This document shows, piece after piece, positions 34,632 through 44,759 of a stretch of DNA of 64,000 bases. Under the pieces are notes generated by a model. It saw only the letters and a program-made list of their open reading frames with translations, had not been told where the DNA came from and did not search any database. The first letter of the stretch is position 1, and the number at the start of each line of letters is the position of its first letter. The translations under genes were made by a program, and so were the position numbers. The DNA comes from Candidatus Omnitrophota bacterium. GTDB taxonomy: Bacteria; Omnitrophota; Gorgyraeia; JABMRN01; RBG-13-46-9. The stretch covers positions 2,355-66,354 of the forward strand of contig JAUWBJ010000002.1 of the NCBI GenBank assembly GCA_030605095.1, read 5' to 3'.

Positions 34632-36353
34632 TTAAAACCTTAACACCAGATTAAGCAAACCGCCGACTACTATCCCCACGCTAATCATTATAGCGGCCGA
34701 TTTCAGCATATCCTTTATGCCTAATTCCCGAATCAAAACAGCAAAAGTCGCTATGCAGGGAAAATATATAGCTAAAACCGTGCTTCCTATCACCAGTTGC
34801 TTCGTAGTCAAATTAAGCGGTCCCAGCATGCCGATAGCGACATCCTTCCTTAAAAAACCGACTATCAAAGCAGCGATGGCCTCTTTCGGAAGGCCCCATA
34901 CGTTTCGCAGGAGCGGCGAAAAAATCTTTGAAAGAGCGTCTATAACATGCAACACGTATAAAATATTGACAAAGAGAATTCCGAGAAGGACATACGGCAC
35001 CGCTTCCTTCAGGAAACTTAAAATGCGCATCCAGAGTTTCTTAAAGACAGCCAAAAGTTGCGGAATTCTATAAGGCGGCATCTCGACTAAAATCTCAGGG
35101 CTTTTCCCCTTCATTACTTTATTCAGTATTATGCCTTTAATGATCAAGAGGATAAATAATGTCAGAAATATAAGCACCACGTACGCCCCTCCTCTTTGAC
35201 CGACCAGGCCGACAATCATCGCAATCTGCGCCATGCATGGTATGGCGATTGCCATAAGGGTCGCGGCGATAAACTTTTCGCGCTTTTCCTCCAGAATCCG
35301 TATGGCCAGAACGCCGGGGACATTACAGCCCAATCCTAAAATCATGGGAATAATGGCGTATCCGTGTAGCCCCAAACGGTGCATAAAATTATCCGTCAAA
35401 ACCGCAAGCCGCGGAAGATAGCCAAAATCCTCCATGACACCCAATACGAAATAAAAGCTAATAATATAAGGTAATACCATAGCGAAGGGAACGTAAAGGC
35501 CCGTCGTAAAAAGCCCGAAGGTCTGGGAGTAGTCCAGTTCTCCTTCGATAAGTTTTCCTATAATAATATCGTGTAAAAATCCGCCCGCGCCTAAAAATGC
35601 CGATAATTTCATAATGAGGGGCGTCCATATTCTCTCAAAAAATGGATCGGCTAAATATGTAATAAGGTTTTCCGCCACGAAACGGATTACCCAGAACGCG
35701 CAAAGCACAACAAGAGCGGCAATCGGAATTCCCGTAACAGGCCTTATGCTCAAATCTTCCAGTCTTTCCAAAAAGGTATGGTGCCGATGGTGTAGCTTTT
35801 GAACATCCTCGATTATTTTTCCTATGTGCTTCCACCTTTCTTCGTCTTTAAGCGGGTTTATCTTTTTTGCCTTTGCTTTCGGGATATGCTCGACTAATTC
35901 TTTTATTCCTTCCCCTGTCAATCCACATGTCGGAATTACGGGAATGCCCAGGGCTTTCTCTAACTTTTTTACGTCTATCTCTATGCCTTTATGTTTTGTG
36001 TCATCCCACATATTAAGCGCTACTATAACGGGTATATCCTGTTCCAGCAATTCTAACGTAAGATAAAGATTTCTCTCCAGATTCGTAGCGTCCACAATAT
36101 TTATAACAAGATCCCCGTCTTTTATCATCCGGACAGCCACTTCTTCTGCCCTGGAGGTGGGGTGCAGGGTATATGTTCCGGGAACATCTATAATAGCGGG
36201 CCGGGAACTATCTATTTTAGTGTACCCTTGAGTAAATTCGACGGTTGTGCCGGGATAATTCGAAATAACCACCTTCGCGCCGGTAAGCCTCGAGAAAATA
36301 GCGCTCTTCCCGACGTTGGGATTTCCCATTAGTAAAATTTTATTTATCTTCAC
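34632..36353 (-). CDS. feoB: Ferrous iron transporter FeoB
   Basis: N-terminal G-domain (GNPNVGKS) plus polytopic membrane domain; 573 aa. Confidence 0.9.
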   Translation of the reverse strand: MKINKILLMGNPNVGKSAIFSRLTGAKVVISNYPGTTVEFTQGYTKIDSSRPAIIDVPGTYTLHPTSRAEEVAVRMIKDGDLVINIVDATNLERNLYLTLELLEQDIPVIVALNMWDDTKHKGIEIDVKKLEKALGIPVIPTCGLTGEGIKELVEHIPKAKAKKINPLKDEERWKHIGKIIEDVQKLHHRHHTFLERLEDLSIRPVTGIPIAALVVLCAFWVIRFVAENLITYLADPFFERIWTPLIMKLSAFLGAGGFLHDIIIGKLIEGELDYSQTFGLFTTGLYVPFAMVLPYIISFYFVLGVMEDFGYLPRLAVLTDNFMHRLGLHGYAIIPMILGLGCNVPGVLAIRILEEKREKFIAATLMAIAIPCMAQIAMIVGLVGQRGGAYVVLIFLTLFILLIIKGIILNKVMKGKSPEILVEMPPYRIPQLLAVFKKLWMRILSFLKEAVPYVLLGILFVNILYVLHVIDALSKIFSPLLRNVWGLPKEAIAALIVGFLRKDVAIGMLGPLNLTTKQLVIGSTVLAIYFPCIATFAVLIRELGIKDMLKSAAIMISVGIVVGGLLNLVLRF

Positions 36354-36585
36354 TTCTTTCTACCTCGACGAAAATCTTCGCCGCCATGCCAAAACCGATC
36401 GCGACCTTAAAATTATCCACTAACACGGTCTGGGGACCCCGCCAGAAACGGGCTCCCACCTTTTTTACTCTCTTTCCTATCCTTACCCCCATGCTCTGGA
36501 TTCTTCTTGTTGCGCCAAAACCCCCGTCGATCTTCATAACAATACCGGTCTCGCCGGGTTCCATATCTACTAAACTTATTAGCAT
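36340..36585 (-). CDS. feoA: FeoA family protein
   Basis: 81-aa SH3-like FeoA (GETGIVMKI...). Overlaps the feoB start. Confidence 0.8.
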   Translation of the reverse strand: MLISLVDMEPGETGIVMKIDGGFGATRRIQSMGVRIGKRVKKVGARFWRGPQTVLVDNFKVAIGFGMAAKIFVEVERSEDK

Positions 36586-36586
36586 A

Positions 36587-36796
36587 TTACCACCACTTAC
36601 CTCGTTTTTGATATGTTTTAATAAAACGTTCTATACTTCTATCATACGTTTTCTCTACATCGGAAGGAAAAAAGCACGCCGGAAACTGTCCGATTTTCCA
36701 GTGCGATGTTATACACTCACAACAAACGCCCTTCTTGCTGCAGGATTCGTACGTGCAAGTGCATCTTTTTAGATTTTGTTCCTTTTTACACTCCAT
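36587..36796 (-). CDS. Small Cys-rich protein (9 Cys in 69 aa)
   Basis: CTCTYESCSKKGVCCECITSHW. Lies between trxB and feoA with tight spacing. Function unknown. Confidence 0.35.
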   Translation of the reverse strand: MECKKEQNLKRCTCTYESCSKKGVCCECITSHWKIGQFPACFFPSDVEKTYDRSIERFIKTYQKRGKWW

Positions 36797-37733
36797 ATTT
36801 TTCTCCCTTTAACTCTTCCACATACATGCGCGCCGAAAATGCCGCAGTCGCGCCGTCGCCGCAAGCGGTAACTATCTGGCGCAAAAGTTTCTTCTTCGCG
36901 TCGCCGCAGGCAAAAATGCCTTTTTTCGATGTCTTCATGTTGCTATCCGTGATAACATGTCCATTCTTATCGAGCTTCAAGATGCCTTTCAGAAAATCGG
37001 TATTAGGTATATATCCAACCGATATAAATATGCCGTCGCATGGAATTTCTTTTTTCTCGCCGGTTTTTACGTTTTTTATCTTAACCGACTTTACTTTCTC
37101 ATCTCCCGAAATTGCGATTAAGGTAGAATTCCATATAAACTTTATTTTTTTATCCGCGAATGCTCTTTCCTGTAAAATCTTTGTTGCGCGCAAACGCTCG
37201 CGGCGGTGTATCAGCGTAACCTGCCGGCCGAATCTAGCCAAAAATAGCGCTTCTTCTACCGCTGCATCACCGCCTCCCGCAACAATTATGTCCTTATCTT
37301 TGAAAAATGCCGCGTCACATACCGCGCAATAAAAGACGCCTTTTCCCTGAAATTTTTCTTCGCCGGGAATGCCTAATTTTCTTGGGCTAGTGCCTACCGC
37401 AATAACTACTGATAGGGAAACGACGGATTCTCCGTCCAGCTTTATCTGATACGCTTTCTTGCCGCTTGATTTGGACTCTTTAATGCTTTTTACATCGTCT
37501 ATTCTAAATTCTGCTCCAAATTTTTCCGCTTGCTTTCTAAATCTATCCATCAGCTCAAATCCGTTTAATCCTTCCGGAAAGCCGGGATAATTTTCGATAT
37601 CGCTTGCCATAGCAGCCTGGCTTGCTATAGCGGCACTTTCTATCAATAAGGTCTTTAACCCTGCCCTCGAAGCATATATTGCCGCCGTAAGGCCGGCGGG
37701 GCCCGCGCCGATTATAACTACGTCGTATGTCAT
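36786..37733 (-). CDS. trxB: Thioredoxin-disulfide reductase
   Basis: GAGPAG FAD fold, redox-active CAVC, GGGDAA NADPH motif. Confidence 0.9.
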   Translation of the reverse strand: MTYDVVIIGAGPAGLTAAIYASRAGLKTLLIESAAIASQAAMASDIENYPGFPEGLNGFELMDRFRKQAEKFGAEFRIDDVKSIKESKSSGKKAYQIKLDGESVVSLSVVIAVGTSPRKLGIPGEEKFQGKGVFYCAVCDAAFFKDKDIIVAGGGDAAVEEALFLARFGRQVTLIHRRERLRATKILQERAFADKKIKFIWNSTLIAISGDEKVKSVKIKNVKTGEKKEIPCDGIFISVGYIPNTDFLKGILKLDKNGHVITDSNMKTSKKGIFACGDAKKKLLRQIVTACGDGATAAFSARMYVEELKGEKYGV

Positions 37734-38509
37734 ATTTTTCCTCTTCTTTTTAGCGTATCTTTTTCGCTTATGGCTTTTACCTTTTTTCTTCTGGCTTCGT
37801 AAATACTGACATACTTGGTATCTTTAAAAAATTTCTTTATTTTATCTAACTCTTTTCTTGGCAGGGGTTTTACCCCGCACGGCCTTAAAGGTGTGTTAAT
37901 CTGAATTTCGTCGGGTTTAAGCCTGCGGGCAAGATGAGCTATTTCTCCCGCGTAATCTTTATTTTCCTTTACGAACATTATCTGTAACGCGAATTTTCCT
38001 TTATACCGTGCCTTGAATTCTTTTAATCCTTTTAGAATATTATCAAATTTTATTGTTTTTACCGGTTTGTTAATCTTCGCGAAAAGCAGATGATTATGCG
38101 CGTCGAGTTTCGCAATAACAAAATCCGCTAACAATAAATCCTTTTGAACATCCTTTTTATATATTATGGAAGAGTTCGTCAAGATTGCTATTTTCGCCTT
38201 CCTTATCTTTCTTATCTCTTTTATGATTTCGCCCAAATTTTTAGCCAGCGTAGGTTCCCCCGCACCTGAAAATGTAATGTAGTCGAGCTTAAGCGGTGGC
38301 AAGGTTTTTATCTCTTCTATAATTTTGCGGGTGGGAACGAATGTCTTTCTTTTGTCGGTTAAAATGCGGGTTTTACCGACCTGGCAGTATATGCAATCAA
38401 AAGAACATGTCTTGCCACGTCCCCTGAAAACAGGGTCTATCCCTAAAGACCTGCCTAACCTCCAGGAAGACACCGGCCCATAGATGTATTTAAATCTTCT
38501 CTTTACCAC
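37730..38509 (-). CDS. Radical SAM protein
   Basis: CSFDCIYCQ CX3CX2C cluster motif, preceded by GPVSSWRLGRSLGI. Confidence 0.7.
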   Translation of the reverse strand: MVKRRFKYIYGPVSSWRLGRSLGIDPVFRGRGKTCSFDCIYCQVGKTRILTDKRKTFVPTRKIIEEIKTLPPLKLDYITFSGAGEPTLAKNLGEIIKEIRKIRKAKIAILTNSSIIYKKDVQKDLLLADFVIAKLDAHNHLLFAKINKPVKTIKFDNILKGLKEFKARYKGKFALQIMFVKENKDYAGEIAHLARRLKPDEIQINTPLRPCGVKPLPRKELDKIKKFFKDTKYVSIYEARRKKVKAISEKDTLKRRGKI

Positions 38510-40360
38510 TTATTTTCTTAAAAAACGCTTTCTTTCCGCGAGGAGAATAATATCTCTCAATTCTTCGATATTGCGGGCATTCAACCAGCGTTTATCAAAG
38601 TCTCCTTGCTGTGCAATCTCAGCAATAGCAGCAAGCGCTCTAAGATGGAAATTGCGTTCGTCTTTAGTCCCGACTAAAACAAAAACTACGTGAACCCGGT
38701 CTTGAGTTTCAGGAAAGGCTATTCCTTCTTTGCACCGCGCTAAGAGAATTCCGAATTTGCGTCCTCCTTCGATAATAATATGCGGTATCGCAAGACCCGG
38801 ACGAATAACCGTACTTGTCTCTTTTTCCCGTTTCATCAACAGGTCAGATATAGTGCCGGAATCGGTATCGAGTTCTGTCGCTAAAAAACCTGACGCTTCT
38901 TTAAAAAACTCCTCCATAGTTAAAGGTTTTTCCAGGTCTAGTATTTTGCAACCGCCTATCAGCCGGTCAAACCTGTCTTCGACAATATCGTCTCTTTCTC
39001 TTAGAATTTCTTTTAATTCTGTCTCAAGGTAATTTGTCGTCAGTTCTTTGGCGGTAATCCGTTCTATAACATGTATGAGCGCAAATTCTCTTTTTACCCT
39101 CGGGCGTACATATATTCTGTACCACAAAAATGCCGTCAAGACGAAAATCGCTGTTATTGTATATGTCGTAACCCCCATCTCGAAAATCAAAAACATTCCC
39201 GATATGATGCCCGCTATCTGCATCCACGGATACAGGGGAGAGCGGAATTTTGGCTGGTAATTCTGAATTTTACTCTCGCGCATTATAATAACCGCTAAGT
39301 TAACAAATATATATAATAATATCAAAAGAGTGGAAGCAACTTTGACGAGAAGCATTAAGTCAAGAAAAATAATTCCTATTATCATAAACACACCGGTAAA
39401 AAGTATGGAATAGTGAGGCGTTCCGGATCGTTTATTTATTCGTTTTAAAAATGCCGGAAGAATTCTATCTCTCGCCATTGCTATCGGATAACGCGATGCT
39501 GCCATAATTCCCGCGTTTGCCGTGGAAATAAACGCCAGTATCGCCGCGATTGCCATAACTATATTTCCAAAAATTCCCATAAAAGCGTGCGCCCCGTCTG
39601 ATATAGGCGTCAGGGAATTGTGTAATTTATCCGGTTCCAGAACACCTGTTGTTATAAATACAACCAGGGCGTAAAAAATTCCCACTATAATCAGGGAAAG
39701 AATCATTCCGAGAGGTATGTTTCGGCCCGGATTCTTCACCTCTTCGGAAAGGCTTGCTATCTTAGTAAGTCCGCCGTAGGAAATAAAAATTAATCCAGCC
39801 GTAGCAAAAACAGCGCCCTTTCCAAAAGGCGTAAACGGAACAAATCTTGTTATATGGATAGAAGGGAAACCATGAAATATATAAAATAAAAGTACGCCAA
39901 AGAGGCCAAAAACAAGAAATCTTTGAAATAGCCCTGCCCCTCTAACGCCTTTAATATTTAATCCTACAAAAAAAAGACAAAGCAAAACCGCTACAATTTT
40001 TATCGGAACATTTATAATTAACGCCGCGTACGCGCCCATACCCACAAGCGCAAAAGCGCTTTTAAGGCTCAACGAAAACCAGCTTGCCACCCCACCTATG
40101 GTGCCGATAGAAGGCCCCATAGTTCTTGTTATGAAAAAGTAATCGCCGCCCGCTTTAGGCATGGCTGTAGCAAGTTCGGCTTTGCTCAAGAGGGCGGGAA
40201 GCGCCAAAAGGCTCGCGATAATATAGGAAAGAAAAAGCGAAGGTCCTGTCTTGGCTGAAGCGATGCCCGGCAAAATAAAAAGGCCTGAGCTTATCATCGC
40301 TCCGGACGCTACGCAAAAAATATCCAGAAGGCCGAGTTCTCTTTTTAGCTTCTGTTTCAC
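38510..40360 (-). CDS. APC-family amino-acid permease fused to a C-terminal PTS EIIA(Ntr/Fru)-type regulatory domain
   Basis: 12-TM APC core, plus a C-terminal region with GLAIPHIIIE (EIIA type-2 active-site His context). Confidence 0.65.
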   Translation of the reverse strand: MKQKLKRELGLLDIFCVASGAMISSGLFILPGIASAKTGPSLFLSYIIASLLALPALLSKAELATAMPKAGGDYFFITRTMGPSIGTIGGVASWFSLSLKSAFALVGMGAYAALIINVPIKIVAVLLCLFFVGLNIKGVRGAGLFQRFLVFGLFGVLLFYIFHGFPSIHITRFVPFTPFGKGAVFATAGLIFISYGGLTKIASLSEEVKNPGRNIPLGMILSLIIVGIFYALVVFITTGVLEPDKLHNSLTPISDGAHAFMGIFGNIVMAIAAILAFISTANAGIMAASRYPIAMARDRILPAFLKRINKRSGTPHYSILFTGVFMIIGIIFLDLMLLVKVASTLLILLYIFVNLAVIIMRESKIQNYQPKFRSPLYPWMQIAGIISGMFLIFEMGVTTYTITAIFVLTAFLWYRIYVRPRVKREFALIHVIERITAKELTTNYLETELKEILRERDDIVEDRFDRLIGGCKILDLEKPLTMEEFFKEASGFLATELDTDSGTISDLLMKREKETSTVIRPGLAIPHIIIEGGRKFGILLARCKEGIAFPETQDRVHVVFVLVGTKDERNFHLRALAAIAEIAQQGDFDKRWLNARNIEELRDIILLAERKRFLRK

Positions 40361-40382
40361 GCTTACATTCTCTTAGGGAAAG

Positions 40383-41303
40383 TTAGTGCAATATAAAATC
40401 CAGTATGGCCGCCGCCCCATAGACCTTGTTTTCGGTCTGCTGCCAGATAATAGATTGAGGCCCTTCGATAACATCCTCTGTAATCTCCAATCCCTTATAG
40501 GCAGGCAGGCAATGCATGACAGAGGCTTCCTTTTTGGCGAGCTTCAAAATACCGGCGTTTATCTGGTACTCTTTAAATACCTTAAGCCTTTCCTCTCTTT
40601 CTTTTTCCTGGCCCATGCTGACCCAAACATCCGTATAAAGGATATCGGCATCTCTCGCGGCATCTCCGGGATTTTCGACAATTTTAAGCTTTGCTTTTGT
40701 CTTTTTCGCAATTTGTTCCGCGTTCTTGAAGATGTCCTCATTCGGATGATATCCTCCGGGGCACGCTGCCGTCATATTCATACCTGTCATAGCCGCGCCC
40801 ATGAATAGCGAACAGCATATATTGTTTCCGTCTCCGATATACGCCAGAGTCAGCCCTTTAAGTTCCTGTTTGATTTCCAGAATAGTGAAGAAGTCGCATA
40901 TTATCTGCGTCGGATGCGTAAGATCGGAAAGGCCGTTAATTACGGGAACGCCCGCATACCTGGCAAGTTCTTTGACGGTCTTATGACTATAGACCCTGGC
41001 AACAAGCACATCCAGGTAGCTGCCCAGTGTTTGCGCGATGTCTTTTATTGACTCTCCGCGGCTCTGCTGCAATTCGCCTGACGGAAGATAGACCGTTTTC
41101 CCCCCAAGTCTTGCAGCTGCCGTCTCAAAGCTTACTCGCGTCCTTGTGGAAGGCTTTTCAAAAAAGAGCCCCACCACTCTTCCCTGGAGCGTATTTATCA
41201 CCTTGTGCTCTTTTATTTTCGCTTTAAATGTCTTCGCCTTCTTAAAGATTTGATGTAGCTCCTTCGGCGATATGTCATTTAAAGTCAGAAGCGACTTAGC
41301 CAT
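40383..41303 (-). CDS. argF: Ornithine carbamoyltransferase
   Basis: STRTRVSFE carbamoyl-phosphate motif and HCLPA motif. Confidence 0.85.
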   Translation of the reverse strand: MAKSLLTLNDISPKELHQIFKKAKTFKAKIKEHKVINTLQGRVVGLFFEKPSTRTRVSFETAAARLGGKTVYLPSGELQQSRGESIKDIAQTLGSYLDVLVARVYSHKTVKELARYAGVPVINGLSDLTHPTQIICDFFTILEIKQELKGLTLAYIGDGNNICCSLFMGAAMTGMNMTAACPGGYHPNEDIFKNAEQIAKKTKAKLKIVENPGDAARDADILYTDVWVSMGQEKEREERLKVFKEYQINAGILKLAKKEASVMHCLPAYKGLEITEDVIEGPQSIIWQQTENKVYGAAAILDFILH

Positions 41304-41399
41304 TGTTATGTCTCCTCATGCCCCATTCAATACATCGTGGGTGGGGCAAAAAACATCTTACCTAACAAATAGGTAAAAGTCAAGTTTGTATTCTTGCGG

Positions 41400-42122
41400 T
41401 CAACGCGCCTCGTTCTCTAATTTCGCGTGCACGATGTCTCTCAGGCGGGCAAAATCGCCGGGTTGGAATTCTGTCGTATCGACTGGGGGGAGTACCTTCA
41501 GTTTGCCGCATACCTTGGTTTTAAAAATCCAGCTTCCTTTAGGAATAGCATTTCTTGTGCCCGTTATGGATACGGGGAGAATGGGTTTCTTCTCCTTTAT
41601 GGCGAGCTTAAACGCTCCGTTCTGGAACTCGTTCATTTCGTCTGTGTCGCTGCGGGTGCCTTCCGGGAAGAATAACACGGAAATATCCTTTCTAAGCCAA
41701 TCGCCGGCTTCCCGATATATCTTCTTAATGCTTCCGAATTGCCCCCGCGTAAGCTTAATGTGTTTGGTAAGCGAGAGGCACCACCCTACGAAGGGTACTT
41801 TAAAGAGGCTCTCTTTCGCTATCCATTTGAATTGCATACGGGTTTTATACATCACGGCAATGTCGCCCAGGCTCTGGTGGTTGGCGGTTATCACGTATGC
41901 CTGGCGCGGGTTTATATTCTCCAGTCCGCTTACTCGGATATCCCAGTAAGGATTTAAGCCGATAATGGCGTTTGCCCACCAGAAGCACTGCGCGTGAATG
42001 ATTCTTCTTTTCTTGTCAAAGGGAAAAAGGACTATCGTTAAAAATAGTTCCACAAAAAAAAGAAGAATCGTCAAAGCCGAAGCGACTATCCATACAGCTA
42101 TCGATAGTACAATTGAGCCCAT
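41400..42122 (-). CDS. plsC: 1-acyl-sn-glycerol-3-phosphate acyltransferase
   Basis: HX4D motif (NHQSLGDI) and FPEGTRS motif. Confidence 0.8.
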   Translation of the reverse strand: MGSIVLSIAVWIVASALTILLFFVELFLTIVLFPFDKKRRIIHAQCFWWANAIIGLNPYWDIRVSGLENINPRQAYVITANHQSLGDIAVMYKTRMQFKWIAKESLFKVPFVGWCLSLTKHIKLTRGQFGSIKKIYREAGDWLRKDISVLFFPEGTRSDTDEMNEFQNGAFKLAIKEKKPILPVSITGTRNAIPKGSWIFKTKVCGKLKVLPPVDTTEFQPGDFARLRDIVHAKLENEAR

Positions 42123-42130
42123 TAAAAATT

Positions 42131-42367
42131 CTACTCCATGTGATTCAGCGCTTCCTGGATTAAGGGAAGAATGGATTCTGCCTCTTGCTTCGTTACCCTT
42201 CCTAACTTGGCAAACATGAAACCGCCTTCTGCGTCCCTATTTTCTCTTGAGATTTGCAGTTTTTTGGCCCCTTTATTATAGGCATAGACACTTACGGTCA
42301 TTCGCCCTGATTCACTTTCCTGGGATTTTGAAAACAGACATTCGTCTAAGCTGCTGTTATACGGCAT
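42131..42367 (-). CDS. Hypothetical protein (78 aa)
   Basis: ORF only. No recognisable motif. Confidence 0.25.
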   Translation of the reverse strand: MPYNSSLDECLFSKSQESESGRMTVSVYAYNKGAKKLQISRENRDAEGGFMFAKLGRVTKQEAESILPLIQEALNHME

Positions 42368-42388
42368 ACTTAACCTCCTTTTTTCATT

Positions 42389-43420
42389 TTAGAATCTTTT
42401 ATACGGTTCAACAATTACCTTAACGCATCTTTTAGCTTCCGCGACAAGCCCGAAACCGCGACCTGTATCTTTCAAACTTAACCTGTGTGTAATCATTTTG
42501 CGCACAGGTATGGATCTCGAGCGGATTAATTCTATGGCCTCTACGGCATCCGACGGGCTATTGGCGTACGAGGTCATCAATTTCATTTCGCTACGCCAGA
42601 ACTTGTTGACAGGCACGGGAAGCTCGACATCCGGGTCTGTAGCGGCAAAGAATAAAATAGTGCCTCCGCGTTCTGCGCATTGAAGCGCCTGTTTAAAAGC
42701 CGGAAAAGCGCCTGTACACACTATTACAACATCGGCAAGCCTGTTATCGTTCATTTCGCGAAAGTTTCCGGGAACGTCTTCGTCGGCATGTATAACCGCA
42801 TCCGCGCCCAATCGCTGCGCGATTTTCAGGCGATATTCGTTAATATCGGTTGTGATTACCCGCTGAGCTCCCTTAACTCGGGCAAGCAAAAGGTGTAACA
42901 ATCCTGAAATGCCGCTGCCAAGAATAAGTACGCTCTGGCCTTTTTTTATTCCGGCGAGTCTCTGCCCGCGAATGACGCATGCCAGTGGTTCAATAAACGT
43001 TCCCTCTTCAAACGAAATTTCTCCGGGTAAAAGAAATACCCCGCGTTCAACGTTTATTTTCGGCACGCGTATATATTCGGCAAATCCACCGGGGAAATAG
43101 TTTGTGGTATGTAAGGTTTCGCAGGCTGTGTGGTGTCCCGCCAGGCAAAAGTGGCACGTATTGCAGGGCACGTGATGGGAGACGAAAACCCTGTCGCCTA
43201 CCTTGTAGCCTTTCACGTCGTCTCCTATCTCGGCGATTTCTCCGGTTATTTCATGTCCGAGAACAAGAGGCGCCTTTTTAACGCGGTACCATTCCAGAAC
43301 ATCCGTGCCACAGATGCCGCCGGCCAGTACTTTTACGAGGAGCTCTCCCGGGCCGATTTTCGGCGCTGGCATCTCCTCCAGCCGCACATCGCTGTTATTG
43401 TAATACATCGCTACACGCAC
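42389..43420 (-). CDS. Zinc-dependent alcohol dehydrogenase family (threonine/sorbitol dehydrogenase-like)
   Basis: GICGTDV, structural-Zn cysteines (CNTCHFC), GSGISG Rossmann motif. Confidence 0.8.
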   Translation of the reverse strand: MRVAMYYNNSDVRLEEMPAPKIGPGELLVKVLAGGICGTDVLEWYRVKKAPLVLGHEITGEIAEIGDDVKGYKVGDRVFVSHHVPCNTCHFCLAGHHTACETLHTTNYFPGGFAEYIRVPKINVERGVFLLPGEISFEEGTFIEPLACVIRGQRLAGIKKGQSVLILGSGISGLLHLLLARVKGAQRVITTDINEYRLKIAQRLGADAVIHADEDVPGNFREMNDNRLADVVIVCTGAFPAFKQALQCAERGGTILFFAATDPDVELPVPVNKFWRSEMKLMTSYANSPSDAVEAIELIRSRSIPVRKMITHRLSLKDTGRGFGLVAEAKRCVKVIVEPYKRF

Positions 43421-44208
43421 GCTATTTCCTTAAATAACTCATGAGCCTGTCCGGCAGTAGCGTTTTCATGGATAATGGCACGTAGAGCCCGAGCTATGGC
43501 TACAGGATGGGCGTCCTGCCAGACATTCCTTCCCAGATTTATGCCGATAGCCCCTTTTTGCATGCCGTCATAGACAAATTCTAATACTTCAAGTTCTGTT
43601 TTGCATTTGGGCCCGCCTGCCATAACCACCGGAACAGGGCATCCCTTCACAACCTTATCAAAGTCTTTCTCGCACCAGTAAGTCTTTACTACCCGCGCGC
43701 CGAGTTCGGCAGCGATACGACAGCTTAAGGCAAGATAGCGGCTGTCCCGGCTTCCCAGTTCCTTACCTACTGCCGTAACGGCCATTACAGGAATACCGTA
43801 GTTCTCGCATTTATTGACAAGCCGGGCAAGATTGAGTAGCGTCTCACGCTCATAATTACTGCCTACAAAGATAGAAATTCCGACAGCAGCGGCATTAAGG
43901 CGAATGATTTCCTCTATAGAAGTGGTAATGCTTTCGTTTGCCAGGTCTTTCCCGATCACGCTTGTGCCGCCGGACACCCTCAATATTATAGGTTTATTGT
44001 CGGCGGGATCCACGCATGAGCGCAATACCCCTCTCGTAACAAAAATGGCATCGACAAAGTCAAGAAGCGGTTTGATGGTTTCGCCAGGTTTTTCTAAACA
44101 GCGCGTTGGCCCCTGAAAATACCCATGGTCTATGGGCAAAAAGAAACAATGCCCGTCAGGTTGAATAAGCCGGTTCAGCCGATTTTTAATTCCCCAGTCC
44201 ATTTTCAT
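43411..44208 (-). CDS. Class I aldolase of the DhnA/FbaB family (fructose-bisphosphate aldolase / ADH synthase-like)
   Basis: LPIDHGYFQGP N-terminal motif and TIM-barrel length. Confidence 0.6.
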   Translation of the reverse strand: MKMDWGIKNRLNRLIQPDGHCFFLPIDHGYFQGPTRCLEKPGETIKPLLDFVDAIFVTRGVLRSCVDPADNKPIILRVSGGTSVIGKDLANESITTSIEEIIRLNAAAVGISIFVGSNYERETLLNLARLVNKCENYGIPVMAVTAVGKELGSRDSRYLALSCRIAAELGARVVKTYWCEKDFDKVVKGCPVPVVMAGGPKCKTELEVLEFVYDGMQKGAIGINLGRNVWQDAHPVAIARALRAIIHENATAGQAHELFKEIACV

Positions 44209-44542
44209 ACCTCCCTGCCTGCCGGTAGGCAGGCTCTTACTATTAATGTTTATTTGACAATATATTATGATATGCGTCTTTTGTCAAGGAATTAAAGATT
44301 TTTGGCTAAAAATTCCCCTTTATAAGAAAGCTCTTGACATTTTCCGGGAAATATGCTATTCTTACCCTCAAGATAGTGAGGTTATTGCTATTTTTGATGT
44401 TTGATTTTGTGAAAATTGTGAGTAGTTAAGCTAACCGCATGTTGGCCTCAGACAGTTGCATACCATTCATAAAGCTCGCAAGTAAGCAATTCATAATTCA
44501 TTTGTATAACCCCTTAAAGCAGTACCGCACAAGGAAGATGTT

Positions 44543-44704
44543 ATGGCAAAGATAGATATATACAATGAAAGGGATTTTGAAAGGTCGTTAAAGCGTTTTA
44601 AAATGCGCTGTTTAAAAGAAGGTATTTTTAGAGAGTGCCGCGAAAGGCGCCATTTTGTCAAACCATCACAAAAAAGGAGGGAAAAAGGAAAAAGAAAGAA
44701 ATAA
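44543..44704 (+). CDS. rpsU: 30S ribosomal protein S21 (not in ORF track, under 60 aa)
   Basis: MAKIDIYNERDFERSLKRFKMRCLKEGIFRECRERRHFVKPSQKRREKGKRKK follows the bS21 pattern. RBS AAGGAAG precedes it. Confidence 0.7.
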   Translation: MAKIDIYNERDFERSLKRFKMRCLKEGIFRECRERRHFVKPSQKRREKGKRKK

Positions 44705-44759
44705 GCGTAGAATTGTTGTTTTTAAAGAGATAATGTGAATCAAGAAGGAGAATAAAAGA

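Noticed and set aside
36706-37332. 208-aa plus-strand ORF overlapping trxB.
   Set aside because: trxB on the minus strand has unambiguous CAVC and FAD/NADPH motifs. The overlapping ORF is Ser/Phe-rich low complexity.
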